Assembly (NCBI GenBank): GCA_004431415.1 | Contig: QPMI01000482.1 | Location: 310,001 to 374,000 of the forward strand | Reading direction: 5' to 3' | Source of the DNA: Cyanophora paradoxa CCMP329 | Lineage: Eukaryota > Plantae > Glaucophyta | Length of the DNA: 64,000 bases | In this document: positions 35,501 through 47,900 of the stretch, piece after piece | How the letters are laid out: the number at the start of each line of letters is the position of its first letter | How positions within the stretch are numbered: the first letter of the stretch is position 1 | Position numbers and translations under genes: made by a program | The notes under the pieces: generated by a model | The model's input: only the letters and a program-made list of their open reading frames with translations | Databases searched by the model: none | Told to the model about the DNA's origin: nothing

Positions 35501-38500
35501 GCGGGGCTCGCCCAGTGCCACGGCGAGGCCGCCGGCCTCGCCGCCTTCGAGATCGGCGTCTCCGGTGCTCGCGCCCCAGCTGCCTGCAGCCCGCGCTCGC
35601 GCTTGAGCTCGCGATCGAGCTGACTCCGTCGTGCACGCATGCGCAGGAACCGGCGCGGAGCTCTTCACCATCCACCAGGTTCGCCGGGGACTCGGTTTCT
35701 GTCTAGCCACCCGACCCCCGCCCGCCTCACGGTGTCGATCGTGGCCGGCCCCCAGGGCTGCGACACGAGCGCGGCGTGCGGGGGCACGAGCGTGTGCGAG
35801 AACGTGGAGGCGCCCCTCGAGGAGTTCTTCGGCCTCCCCGTCGGCTTCATCAAGCTCTACGACCTCGTCTCCAACGCCTTCTGGGGGTGCGCTGCGGGTT
35901 GCCCCCGATCCTATTCTTCTCGTGACCGTTCGCAGGAACGGGCCGCTCCCCGCGCCGCAATTGGATACCATTCCGTTTGCTCTCAACCAAATCAAGATAG
36001 TTGATGGCCCGGCGTGCCTCGCGACTGCGAGTTGCAAAATGTGTGCTCGGGTTGCTTTATTGAATTCAATTCTATTGAATCTCTCGCTCTCTTCGATATC
36101 TTTAAAATTGTTATTAATATTTGATTTGCAGAACGGTGGATGTCGCCTGGAAATACCGGGTAGAAGACCATTACCAGCGCCTACCTGTCGATATGAGGAA
36201 TGTGGAAGTCAGATTGAAGGACAAGTCAGATAACGTAATACCCGTGACGGGAGTCCAGTGTGCCACCCGCAGGACGCAATATGGGTACACGTACAGGCAC
36301 TTGACACGCATCTCCGATTGCTTCGACGAATCGGGGACGCCCCGGAAGACGAATACTGCCGGCACGGATGAGTACGAGCTGATCGAGAAGACGCAAGACT
36401 CGTGGTCCATCCACGACACCTTGTATTCCGATTTTTACAAGTACTCCGAGGGAGCTTTTATTCCGCAATATAATTCCTCATTCTACGCATCTGATAGCGT
36501 TGAATTCGTGAGTGCCGTATTCGATTCCACATGAATCTCGTATTTCAAAACAATTTACTGATTGTATAAGCGCATGCACAGTCGCTGTACAACGAGACGA
36601 GCTCTCGTAGCTACTCTACTTCCAAGTACCGCGTCGATGTTGCTCGTATCGCAAAGGTACTTCTAAAATAAAATCGAAATTAAACCGGAACGTGAACGTG
36701 GAAGGTGCTGATCATGAGAGCGCGCCGGCAGGTGGAGCTGATTCTGAATACCGGCGCCACCCCCGCTTTGCTGGACTCCCGCACCCTCTCGGCGCCGCCG
36801 CCGCCGACGTCTGGCGTGCACTCCTGCGTTAGGAACTACAGGCGCGTGCGCGCGCGCGACGTCAAAGCGCCAGCTCTTTGCTCTAACAAAAGGCGCAGAA
36901 CGTCTTCCTTCAGCGGTGAATGGGTCGCCAGCGGGGGAGCTACCTCTGAAAAATGCTATCCAGTGTGAGCTCAAAGTTTTTAATTCTTTTAGATTGGATT
37001 GGATTCGTATATATACAGCGCTCCCAATTGCAATGCCCACTTCTGCTAGCGCTCACAATGGAGTCGATGTCCTGCAGGATTACATTGGAAGAGGCTTTCA
37101 AGCAAAAACTGCTCAATATTGTTGGGATGCGATCGACCTTTTTCAGACCGACACGCTCTTCATACGATTATTCGCACTATGTACGCATTCTTAATTTAAT
37201 TTATTTTCCGTACATGGGACTTTTCCTTAATTGAATTTATTTTCCTGCTCGCGTGCACGTGCACGTGCTTCGCAGACCGCAGATATCGCATATTCAGCTA
37301 ACGCACCGCATCCGTTGCTGATGAACACTCTAGTAAACGTGATGTTCGAAACGAAACCTATCCGCTTTTCGGAGACTTACGTCAACAAGACAACGCAATA
37401 CGGGGAGCTCTTTCAGGAGCAGTACGAGAGACAGCTCACGTATAACACTTTGACCGGATCGGGAGAGATACAGCCTGGGGGCATCTTCCGGATACCGGTG
37501 ACCTCGTCTTTCACGAGTGCTCTCGTGCATAACTGTTCGGGATGGAATCCCTGGGATTCAAATTCATGGCCACCCCCTCCGGGATGCGACGCCTTCTTCC
37601 CGTTGTACAAAACGGGCACGATCTACTTTTTCTTGTACGCTCATGATCATGGTCTTGTGCTCATGATGATCGTGAGCCTCGATCTAACAAAGCGCTCGTT
37701 TGTAGAGAGAACAAAGCCGAGGGCTGGAACAAGTCGACAGGGCTAATCGCGCCATTCTCCCTCCCCGACATCAGCGGGCCCCCCGAGGTGTATGAAGGAT
37801 GCAGGTGAGGTTTCATCAATTGTTAGCGAGTGCTATAGCTCCCGCTACGCTCCAGATGTCTTTAGATTTGTTCAATGGCACCGGCCGCCTACTTACAGTC
37901 TGCTGCAGTCTGCACCGTAGCTGGAATTCGAAGGATGGTCAGCTGGGTGAATGGAAGCTGGCCTGCCCCACCTGTGCCTCACCCGCTGGATACTGGCCGC
38001 CCGCTTTGTACAGCGGATCCGGATACTGGTCTTCAGGTCAAGGTGTTTCATATCCGGAACTGTTCAACCGAGTGCTCGTTCCGTCTGCATTCAACTCGAC
38101 GGCCTCCGGGTTTTGCACCGATGTCGCCGCATTCTGTGCGGACGGGACGTCGGCTCGGACGTACTACGCCGCCAACTGCGCCTCCATTCCAGACTCACGT
38201 TCCATAACTACGGAGAAGCTACCAAACGTTAAACAAACACAAACAGGGGTTCTACCGGGAGAAGTAAAAGGACCCGTGGTATCACAATCATGCTACTGCA
38301 CAAATGACCAATACTGGTCTGGTGGATGGTCCGGCGGTGTTCAGACGTCGACTTGCTATGTGACCTATTTCAGCTACGGAAGCCCTTCCACTTCGTGCAG
38401 CTCCGGAAGCGAATGTCGTTGCAGCAAGACCGCTGCGGACAGCTTGCTCAGCACCATCTCGCGCAACGCCGCCTTCAAAGCGGCCCCGGTGCTCGCCGAG

Positions 38501-41235
38501 GCGGTCAACGTCCCCGCCACGTACTTGGCGCGGCTGGTTCAGGCCATCTACACAAGGTGCGCGAGTACTTTCTGTAGCTCGTGCTGCGTGAACGTGCCGC
38601 CGCCGGATCTTTACTTACGCTTTTCGAATCCCTCGCGCGCGCATTCTCGTGGATGCAGTAACATAAGAGTGAGCACATCTAGTTCTACATTATATTATCG
38701 ATTTGGATCCGGATGCAGATAGATCTGACCGCAAGTTTGCACGTGCAGGTCTGGAACTGGTACTTCGAGCCGGCGCTGCACACCCACGCTGCCGTCAGAG
38801 GAAGCCGGAACATATCGGAGGACGCGACAGTCTTCCAGTTCGGGCCGGAGGTGCACGAGCTGCTCGAGGGGACGTGCCCCGCCACCGTCCCCGCCTCGTC
38901 CGCCGTCTTCTGGCGCGACCTCCTCAACATGCAGGCGAGCCGCGCGCTGTCCTGGCGCTAGAAAAGTCTCGCCTCATTTCCCGGCGCGCGTACGCGTGCA
39001 GGCGGACCGGGCGGGGCGGCCGAAGATGGCGGAGGCGAAGGCGAAGATCTGCCTCCCGATGCCGCTGGAGGAGATGGTCGTGGGCGAGGCGCCGCGCACC
39101 CCCGCCGGCCTCGTCCTCACCGAGGCGCGCCCCCTCCCTCCGGGGCCCTCCCCCTAGCCTCGAGGCGCGGCGGCTGCGGTTGCGGCTCACTGGGAGATGC
39201 GCACGCGCAGGCGTCGTCCCTCCCCGCCGGGAACCTCCTGATGAACGTCACCCTCGCCCTCAGCATCAGCAGGCGCGCCGCCGCTGCCGCTGCCCCGCAT
39301 GAGCTTAAGCACGGCTTGCGCTGCTTCGGATTCGCTGTGCTGATCGTTTCTCCCGCGCGCAGGGCGGAGTTCACGGCGGAGAAGCAGACGCAGTTCCTCA
39401 ACGCCATCGCGAGGCAGTTCAAGATCCCCCCGGGCCGCCTCCGCATCCTGTACATCGAGGCGCGCTCTTGCGCCTCTGCCACATGGATTCAGTGCCGACG
39501 TATTCGCGCAGGACGTGGCGCGCAGACGCAAGCTGCTCGCCGGCGGCATTGCCGTGACCGTCGAGGTCCAGAGCGCGCCGGGCTCCGACGCCGCTTCCGT
39601 AAGCTCGAGCTTCGAATTCAGCGTCGACCTAATCACAAATGATCATGAATAGTTGTGACACGCATATGCCGATCGACAGGTGACGAGCTCGATCCAATCG
39701 GCGGTGAACAGTGCCGCGTTGCGGCGCGAAGCGTTCACGTTCGGGGACGTGCCTGTCTCTGGAGGATTCGCTACCGTGCGTACACGTACCGTACCCCGCC
39801 CCTCCAGCTCCCATCAGACCTTCGCTTCATATTGACATAAATACAAGCATGCATGTTGATATCTGACGCGATCGAACGTTCCGCATGCGCGCAGGTCAAC
39901 GTCCCGGGGGCGGTTGGGGCCGTTCAGATGGGCGACGACTCCGTCAAGGACGCCCGTGAGCTCCACGTTTTAAACTCCCATCCCGGCTGGAGCCTTTTTC
40001 AATATTAATTCAATCACGGGTCGTGCGCAGAGTTGATCAAGAACCTCCCTGGAGTATCGTCGATTCTCGCGAACATCAACAGCACTTGCGCCGCCATAAC
40101 TTCCTGTGCCACCTGCACGGCTACAACTTGTGCGTATTCAGACAATTCAATTTTCTCATATTTGCAAAGCTATCGACGGTTGCAAATGAACTCACGCGCA
40201 AATTTAAACCTGTCCAGATCAGTGCGTGTGGTGCGCTGGAGCTTGCACATCGTCGGCGAGCTGCATCACATCCGCTGCTGTAATATCCGACAGCGGCTCG
40301 TGCTCGTTCGTCAGTGCGAAACCTCGCCTGGACCTGTCGCGCCAAATAGTTGTAACCGCGCCGCTAATCTCATGACCAGGCACATTCCGGCAAACGTTCA
40401 ACACGACCCAATCGCTGCCCGACGCGTTCTTCACGAACCAGACCGTCAAGGACGAGCTGGCAGTGTGGTTCGAGTCCATTCTCAGCGTTCAGAAAGGCGC
40501 AGTGCGGGTGCGTGCCATATCAATATTTCAACATGGCTTCCGGATCCGCTACCGCTACCGCAGTTGACTTTCGCGAACCCACCGCAGATTCTTTCACTTG
40601 AGCGAGGCTCCGTCATTGTGAACGGCCAGGTGATCAAAAAGATTCTTCCAATCTCGAAATTAGCTGCCTGTCTCGAACTCGCCAGTAACGCCCGGGCTCG
40701 CCGCGCGCGCGCGTGCAGGTCACGTCGGCGGAGTCGCAGGCGGCGGTCGACGGGCTGCGGGAGAAGCTGCGGCGGGCGCTGGGGACGACCACCGCGCCCC
40801 GCACCATCGGCGGCTTCACCTTCCTCCCCGCCTGCCCGGGCGCCGGCTGCTTGGACACCTCGGGATCGACGACGACGCCGACGTCGAGCGGCGACGGCAC
40901 GAACACGAACGCGATCATCGGCGGCGTCGTCGGCGGCGTCGGCGGCGCCTTCCTCATCGCCGTCATCGCCGGGCTGTGGTGCGAGCCCGCGCACGCGCGC
41001 TCGCCATCGACGCCTATTCGAGTGCCTGTTTGTGACCGAGCTCCCGCGGCCGTCGCGCAGTTACTGTCGCCGTCGGAGCAACCAGCGGAAGCGCACGGGC
41101 GCGGGCGGCGAGAAAGGAAAGCACGACATGGAGAGCAACGCGGCTGCGTCCGCGCCGGCGTATGGGGAGCCCTCGAAGGCTTACCCGCCGCCGCCGCCGG
41201 CGCCGGCCCCGCTCACGACGGACGTTCGTCTTTAA
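32547..41235 (+). CDS. Large type-I membrane protein: signal peptide, Cys-rich ectodomain, SEA-like/PSI-like/SEA modules, TM, short tail
   Basis: Signal LLLWLAVAALALILASHADA; many exons; SEA-like EFTAEKQTQFLNAIARQF..RRKLL; PSI-like CAAITSCATC..CVWC; ILSLERGSVIV; TM AIIGGVVGGVGGAFLIAVIAGLW; tail ends TDVRL*. Continuity was not checked at every junction. Confidence 0.65.
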
Positions 41236-43479
41236 GAGAAGAGAATTCTTCGCGCTTGCAAATGCCGCCTCGTGTGCACCCGCAATTGCCATATATACTT
41301 TCCTCGCAATTGATTTCGCCGCCTCGCGATCGTCTGCACTCGCAGCTAGTGCCACGGTGTGGCTTCGAAATTCGATGATCATGATATCATAGTTCGGGAC
41401 TCATGATCAACAGCCGGCTTCCTTCCCCAAGTTCCGGAATTGGTGATGTGATTCGAATTCCGGTTCTCTTTCAAGATTTATTATGTAATATGTATCGTCT
41501 GGCTTTCCGAAGTTCAACGCGCGCCAGCTTTCGGTTTTGATTAGTAACTTAGTAAGTCGCGATCGGTTATACATAGTCGGCTTATAGTGCCTTTCCTTGT
41601 CATCAGAATTAATCTATCCTCTCAAAATTAATACTATGATAGACATGGCCTTGGTACCGGTTGAATATTTATCTCAAGATCACAGCGCTCCGAAAATGTA
41701 CAGCCCCCCCCCCCCCCCTCCCCTCCCCCCCACCCCCCCCATCCCCCCCATCCCGCCCCTCGTCCACCCGGGACCCCCTCCACCTGCCCGACCCCCCATC
41801 CCGCCCCTACGCCTCCCCTCCCCACTAGGCCTGCGCATGCGCAGCTCCATGCATGCGCACAGATTTCACAGCCTGGCAGCTTGCGCAGGGCCTTGGAGCG
41901 GCCGTAATTGTAAGCCTGACCCCCAGGCCTAGGTCTGCTCCCCCTGGCTGCCCCGGCCCCTTCCCTTCCACTGTAACCCCCCTCCCCCGCTCCCCCCACT
42001 CCCTCCCTCTCCCGTATACGTACGCGTCCCCCCCGGGCCCGGTGCCCCGGCCCCCTCCCTTCTCCCCGCCGCACCTCGCTCGCGACGGAGCAAGTCTAGG
42101 AAACAATCCGGGCCGGGGCTCGCGGTCCGACGGTTGTACATGTATGTCGCTATAGGCCTAGGCGTTGTACTTGTATCGCGTACGCGCGCGAGGCGCGCGA
42201 GGCGCGGGCCGGGTCCGGATCCTAATCCTAATTATATAAGTATAAAATTCGAAGCTTTGAGCCTAGGCCTGCGAGGCGACAGATCCGGACTAGGCCGAAT
42301 CGAAGAAGACGATCGCGAGCTCCGAGGCTCGAGCTCTAGATCTATAGATCTAATTCGAAGTGCGTGCATGCGCACTGCGCATGCGGCATTTAAATTTGCA
42401 TGCGCATTGCGGACGTACTGCGCATGCGCATGCGAGAGCGATCGATATCGCGATCGATATCGCGAGAGCGAACCGCGGCTCGCCCGAGCTAGAGGCGCGC
42501 GCGGCGCCGGCTCCGAGGCTCGCGAGTCGCGACGTCGACCCGCTTGGCCTTGGCCTGCCAGGCTGCGCATACACATGCGCCCGAGCTCGAGGCGGCGGCA
42601 GGACGATCGCGAAGCTGGTGAAGGCGGCGGCGGATCCCGGAGTCGCTGCGCATGCTAGCTACATATATAACGCTGCGCATCCTGCAGCTCGCTTTTTTTC
42701 ACAAAGCCCCACGGGGGCAGTACTATATATATTGGCAGTACGACTGGGAAAGGCTACACGGGGCGTAACCTGCAGCTGTTTAAGCTCACAGCGAGCCGCA
42801 ACAGTTCCGAGGGGGCCCCCCCAGGACCCCCCCGGGCCCCCCCCGGGCCCCGTAAGCTTCAGGCCCCCCCCGCCCCCCCCCGGGCTCAGCCCCGCCCAGC
42901 CCCGCCGCACTCCCCCGGCCCGCCCCCCAGCCCCCCCTCCGGGGATCCCCCCCTAACCGCTGTGATCCGCTTTCACAGCAGGGAACCGGTTGGGCCTTCC
43001 GTAGGCATCCGCAGGACCAAGACGCTGGTATCCGATGATCATGATCTCCCGCGCCAGGTCATTCGTTGCTAGTAGGGCTGGAACCCACCCAAACTGCCTT
43101 AAAGCTTCGACCAAGCGCCCCGGGAGGGGGGGGGGGGGGGGAGGGGGGAGGGGGGGCGCTAGTGGCCGCGGGGGGTTGGGGCATGAAGGGGGGGATCACG
43201 GGGGCCGGGGGGGGCTGCGGGTTGGGGGAGCCTTGAGGGTGGCTTGGGAGGGGGGGGGCTGGGGGGAGGGCTCACGATCGGGCATGGCCAGCTTGGGGGA
43301 GGCTGGGGGGGCAGGGGCCGCGCGCGTTGAGGGGGGGGGTACGTAGGGGGCCGGGCAGTGATAGCGTGTCGGGGCGAGCTCGAGCTAGGGGGGGGGGGGG
43401 GGGGGGAGCGAGGGGCAGGGCCGGCTGGAGGTCAGTAGTGGCTATAGCTATAGGAGGGCGCGAGTGACTGATCATGAGG

Positions 43480-43519
<40 letters not shown>

Positions 43520-44245
43520 TCGAGGCGCAGGGGAAATGACCCTTTGGCATTGACGGTGACTCAGTGTGAGCACAGCCGTGGAAAGTGAAATCAGAAAAGA
43601 GGAGGGTCGGAAAGGAAGAAAGTCTGTTGAAAAGGAAAGTTCTGAAAGGGCCTGGGGGCCCGGCCCGGGGTTAACGTTGTCCTGCACGAGGTCACTCGTG
43701 CGAACTACTGCCTCTCTGTCCAGGGCTAGGGCGCCTAGGCTGCCTGGTCGGCCTCGCGGGCGGCGAGGAAAGCGAGGGCGGCGGGGTCGCCCTGGGCGAG
43801 GAGGGCGGCGAACTTCGCGGCCGTCGCGGCGTTAACGTTGGCCATATATGCATGGCCGCCGCGTTGGCGGACTCCGGCGTGGCGGATCCTGCAGCTCGCT
43901 ATATATAGTTTTAGCGCGCGTGATATGCATGCATGATGATGCATATGAGCCATGGCCGCCGGCCGCGGGCCAGCTAGCGCTGCAGGCCGTACGCGTGCAC
44001 GTGCATGGCGCCGGCGCCGCCGGGCCGGCCGGCGCTGCAGCTGGGCCGCGGCGCAAGCGCTACGTTTAAATAGGTCTGCATGTTCATGCGCATGCTGAAT
44101 TGACGGTACTAGTGAAGCCGCTGAGCGCTAGCTATATTAATTGCTATAGTGCGTTAATTGAAGGCGCCGGCTAGCGCTGCCGCGAGGTTGAGGGGAGGCG
44201 GGGGCGAGCCCGTGCCGGGTACGTGTTTCAGGCAGGCCCAGCAAC

Positions 44246-45834
44246 ATGTCGGCGAGGTCCGTGCCATTCCGCGCGTTCTGCGCTTGGATAGAGCTTAGAG
44301 GACGCGATGATCGTGTCGCCGCCGGCCGTCGGGCGGGAGCGGTCTCGCTTGACTGCGTCCCCCTTGCGTGCCGCCGCGACGCTCTCTGACAGTTTATATT
44401 CTCAGATATGATCGTGCCATCACAGTCTTCTCGCCGGATGGCCACCTGTTCCAGGTGGAGTACGCGCTAGAAGCCGTCCGCAAGGGCACGACAGCGGTGC
44501 GCCCGCGCTTCCTCGCTCGCGTAGGCACATTCGGCATACACAACGCGCCTACCGTACTCGCCGCTCCGGTCATGCCAGCCGGTCAATGGCGAACATTTGG
44601 GCTAGAGCGCGGCCTGCCGGGAAGTCGCGCCGTGTACATGCGTTCGTAGGGGGCTGTTCTTTGGTTGCCGATGCGCCGGCGAACGTGCGCAGGTTGGCGT
44701 CCGCGGCAAGGACATCATCGTCCTCGGCGTGGAGCGGAAGTCGACAGCGAAGCTGCAGGACGCACGGACCGTGCGGAAGATCGTGCAGCTCGACCAGCAC
44801 ATCTGCCTGGCGTTCGCAGGCCTCACGGCCGACGCGCGTGTCCTTGTCAACAAGGCCCGCATCGAGTGCCAGAGCTACCGGCTGACGATGGAGGACGCCG
44901 TGACGGTGGACTACATCACACGTTACATCGCCGGCGTGCAGCAAGTGCGTGCTGCCCGGGGCGCCGCGATGCGCGGCCGCCGCGGCTGCCCGGCCTCTCC
45001 GAGCGCCGGCCGCTGACGCGCGCCCTCGCCGCAGAAATACACGCAGAGCGGAGGGGTGCGGCCCTTCGGCATCTCGACGCTGATCATCGGCTTCGACATC
45101 GACGGCACCCCGCGGCTCTTCCAGACGGACCCCTCCGGCACCTTCTCCGCCTGGAAGGTCCGCCCCATCCTCCTCTTTGGGAGGGCGGCCCTGCGTCCTC
45201 CTTCTCACTCTCTCCCTTTCTTTCGCCGCAGGCGAACGCGATCGGCCGCAACGCGAAGACCGTGCGCGAGTTCCTGGAGAAGGTACCCCCCTTTCCTCTT
45301 CTTTCTCTTTGGTTTTGACCGCGCTGCCGCAGAACTACAGCGATACGAGCTCCGAGGAGACCATCAAACTCGCCGTCAAGGGCCTGCTGGAGGTCCGTAC
45401 CCCGCTGCGGGAGCTTACTACCCCCGCTCGATTTTCGACCTTCCTTGCCCCCACTTCAGGTCGTCGAGGCGGGCAGCAAGAACATCGAGGTCCGCGGGGG
45501 CACCCCGCCGCGCCCTGCATTCCCGCTGACGGCGTACCCCCAGGTGGCGGTGCTCGAGAAGGGGAAAGCCCTCCGGCTCCTGACCGAGGAGGAGGTCGAC
45601 CGGTACTGCACTCAGGTACCCCCCTCACCTTCCTCCCCTCCCCCGGCCGCCCTCGTAACCCTGTGCCCAGATCGAGGCGGAGAAGGCGGCGGCAGAGGAG
45701 GCGAAGAAGCGGGGCGGGGCGGCGCCCTCGCCGGCGCCCCCAGGGGGTGCGTCCCCGCCCCCTCGTCCCTTCGCCTCCCTGGCCCCTCTGAACCCTCTGG
45801 CGCAGCCTCGATGGCCTCCGTCGGCGCGACATGA
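44246..45834 (+). CDS. PSMA7: Proteasome subunit alpha type-7 (alpha4), 9 exons
   Basis: MSAR|[64 protein letters not shown]. All introns GT-AG. Confidence 0.97.
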
Positions 45835-45898
45835 GGAGCTTCCCCCCCTTCCTTCCCCCGCTTCCCGTCCCCTGTACATTCCAGTGGCTCTCCTGGAC

Positions 45899-47684
45899 TC
45901 ACTTGTTGCGGCGGGGGCCGGGGCCGGGGCCGGGGCCGGGGCCGGGGCGGGGGCCGGGGCCGGGGCCGGGGCCGGGGCCGGGGCGGGGGCCGGGGCCGGG
46001 CCGGGGCCGGGGCCGGGGCGGGGGCGGGGCCGGGGCCGGGGCCGGGGCCGGGGGGCCGCCCGGGGGCCTCGGGGCGGTCGGGGACGATGCCGAGCCGGAC
46101 GAGCGCCGCCGCCGCCTCCAGCAGCGTCTCCTTCGCCGGCCGGTACCCCACCCCGAGCGTCCTCGCCCCCTGCACCGCCCCGTCGCCCCGCGCGCCGAGC
46201 GTGAGCCGCGGGGCCGGGGCTGGGGCTCGATCGGGGCACCTTGCCATTCTCATAGGTCATGGGGGCGGAGGGCGCGCCGGCCGCGCGCGTCGGGAGGGGG
46301 AACCGGGCGAACTCGGGGGCCAGGAGGCGGGCGATCTGCGGGCGGCTCATGATCAGCGCGGCAGGCTGGTCACCGGAGGGGGTGCGCCCGCCTCGAGGAC
46401 GGGGCGGGTTCGCGTCTCGCCGGCGACGATGTAGCGTCCGGCGGGTACGCGCTCCCGATCGAGGGCGGCCACGTGCGCGGCCGCCGCGTCTCGCACGTCT
46501 GGGGTACCGGGTGAGGACCTGGGGGGGGGGGGGGGGTTCGGGGGTACGGCGGACCGACAACGGCGTACGAGGCGGCGGGTGCGCCCCTCGCGGCGTACGT
46601 CCCGTCCAGCATGCCGGCCACGAGGCGGACCTGAACCGCCGCCCCGCTTGAGTCCGTACCCCGCCCCGGGCGGGGGGGGGAGGGGGAGGGGGGCGTACCG
46701 AGAACGAGTCGGTCCGGGGGCTGAGCGGGGGGCCGAGGATGAGACAGGGGAGGATGGTCACGAGGTCGATTCCTGCGGGGGGGAGTGATTCGCATGGAGC
46801 ACGAATCAAGGGCGCCGGCGCTGGCTCCGTACCCGTCCGAGCGGCTGCGATGAGGTCCTACGCGGAGCCGTTTAGGACGCCTGGGCAGGCGATGCCAGGG
46901 GCGGCCAACGCGTACCCAGGCGGCCCGCTCGGCGAGGGCCTTGCTGAGGGGGTACGGCGAGGACTGGAGCGAGGCGCTGGGGGCCAGTCAGCGGGGGCGG
47001 GCGGCGCAGCTCGGTACTCAGAGCAGCGCAGGGGCACCCGTCGTTCCAGTCTTCCTCGCTGTACCCCCGCCCGGAGGGCCGCCTCCGCGCGCGGACGGCG
47101 GCGACGCTGCTGGTGAGGACGACGCGGCGCACGCCTGCACGGATCGCCTCGCCCACCACATTCCTGCGGGCGGACTCTTGCGATCAGTCCTCTTCGCTTG
47201 AACTCTTTCGAGTGCGCATGCTCGCAAGGGGCCGCGCCTGGTGCCGACGAGGGCGGGGTCGACGAGCTCCCTCTGCGGGTCCCTCGCCGTCGTCTTGAAG
47301 GGAGACGCGACCTGGCAGCCGCGGGCGCGGGGCTCAGGATCGATCAGCGCACTATAGCTAGAAGGACTTGAAGCGCCCGCGCTCACGTGGATCACGTACG
47401 CGCAGCCTGCGCCACGGCGCGCGCAGGCCCGCGCTGGGCGATAAGCACGCGGCAACCGGAGCCGCCTCGCGGCTCGCACCCGCGAAAGCGTCCCTGAAGG
47501 AATTCTCTTCGAGAAGATCGCACTCGAACAGGTCGCACTTGCCGCGCAGGTGCGCCGCGCGCTCGTCAGTGGCGCGCCTCACCGTCGCACGTACGCGGAA
47601 GCGGCCGGCCGCGGAGGCCTGCAGCTGGTCGACTACGTGCGATGCGAGGAAACCTGACCCCCCAGTGACGCACACAACCTCCAT
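45899..47684 (-). CDS. NAD(P)-dependent epimerase/dehydratase (CCR/DFR/Gre2-like extended SDR); 3' end uncertain
   Basis: VCVTGGSGFLASHVV, VIHVASPF, LVDPALVGT, RVVLTSS, YPLSKALAERAAW, VTILPCLILGP. Confidence 0.9.
45913..46052. repeat. (GGGGCC)n hexanucleotide tract
   Basis: About 20 interrupted GGGGCC units at the 3' end of the SDR gene. Confidence 0.9.
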
Positions 47685-47900
47685 CGATGTACAGCTGCAG
47701 GCGCGTGGACCGCCCGCATTGGACACCTAAAGACTAGGCAGCCTGCAGCTGGCGGGCTGTGGCCGCAGCCTTTCGCCAGCCACCCTCAGGCAGCCTTGAC
47801 AGACGGGGTACGCTCGACGTCGCGCCCTGGGCTCGTCTGAAGAGGCAGGGGCTCGCAGCTGCAGCGTCACAGGCGGAGGATACAGCGCACAGGCGCGCGC

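Noticed and set aside
11894-45834. Apparent quality-control cluster (ATG6, RPLP2, ZNF598, F-box, PSMA7)
   Set aside because: Common housekeeping categories interspersed with unrelated genes; no evidence of co-regulation.
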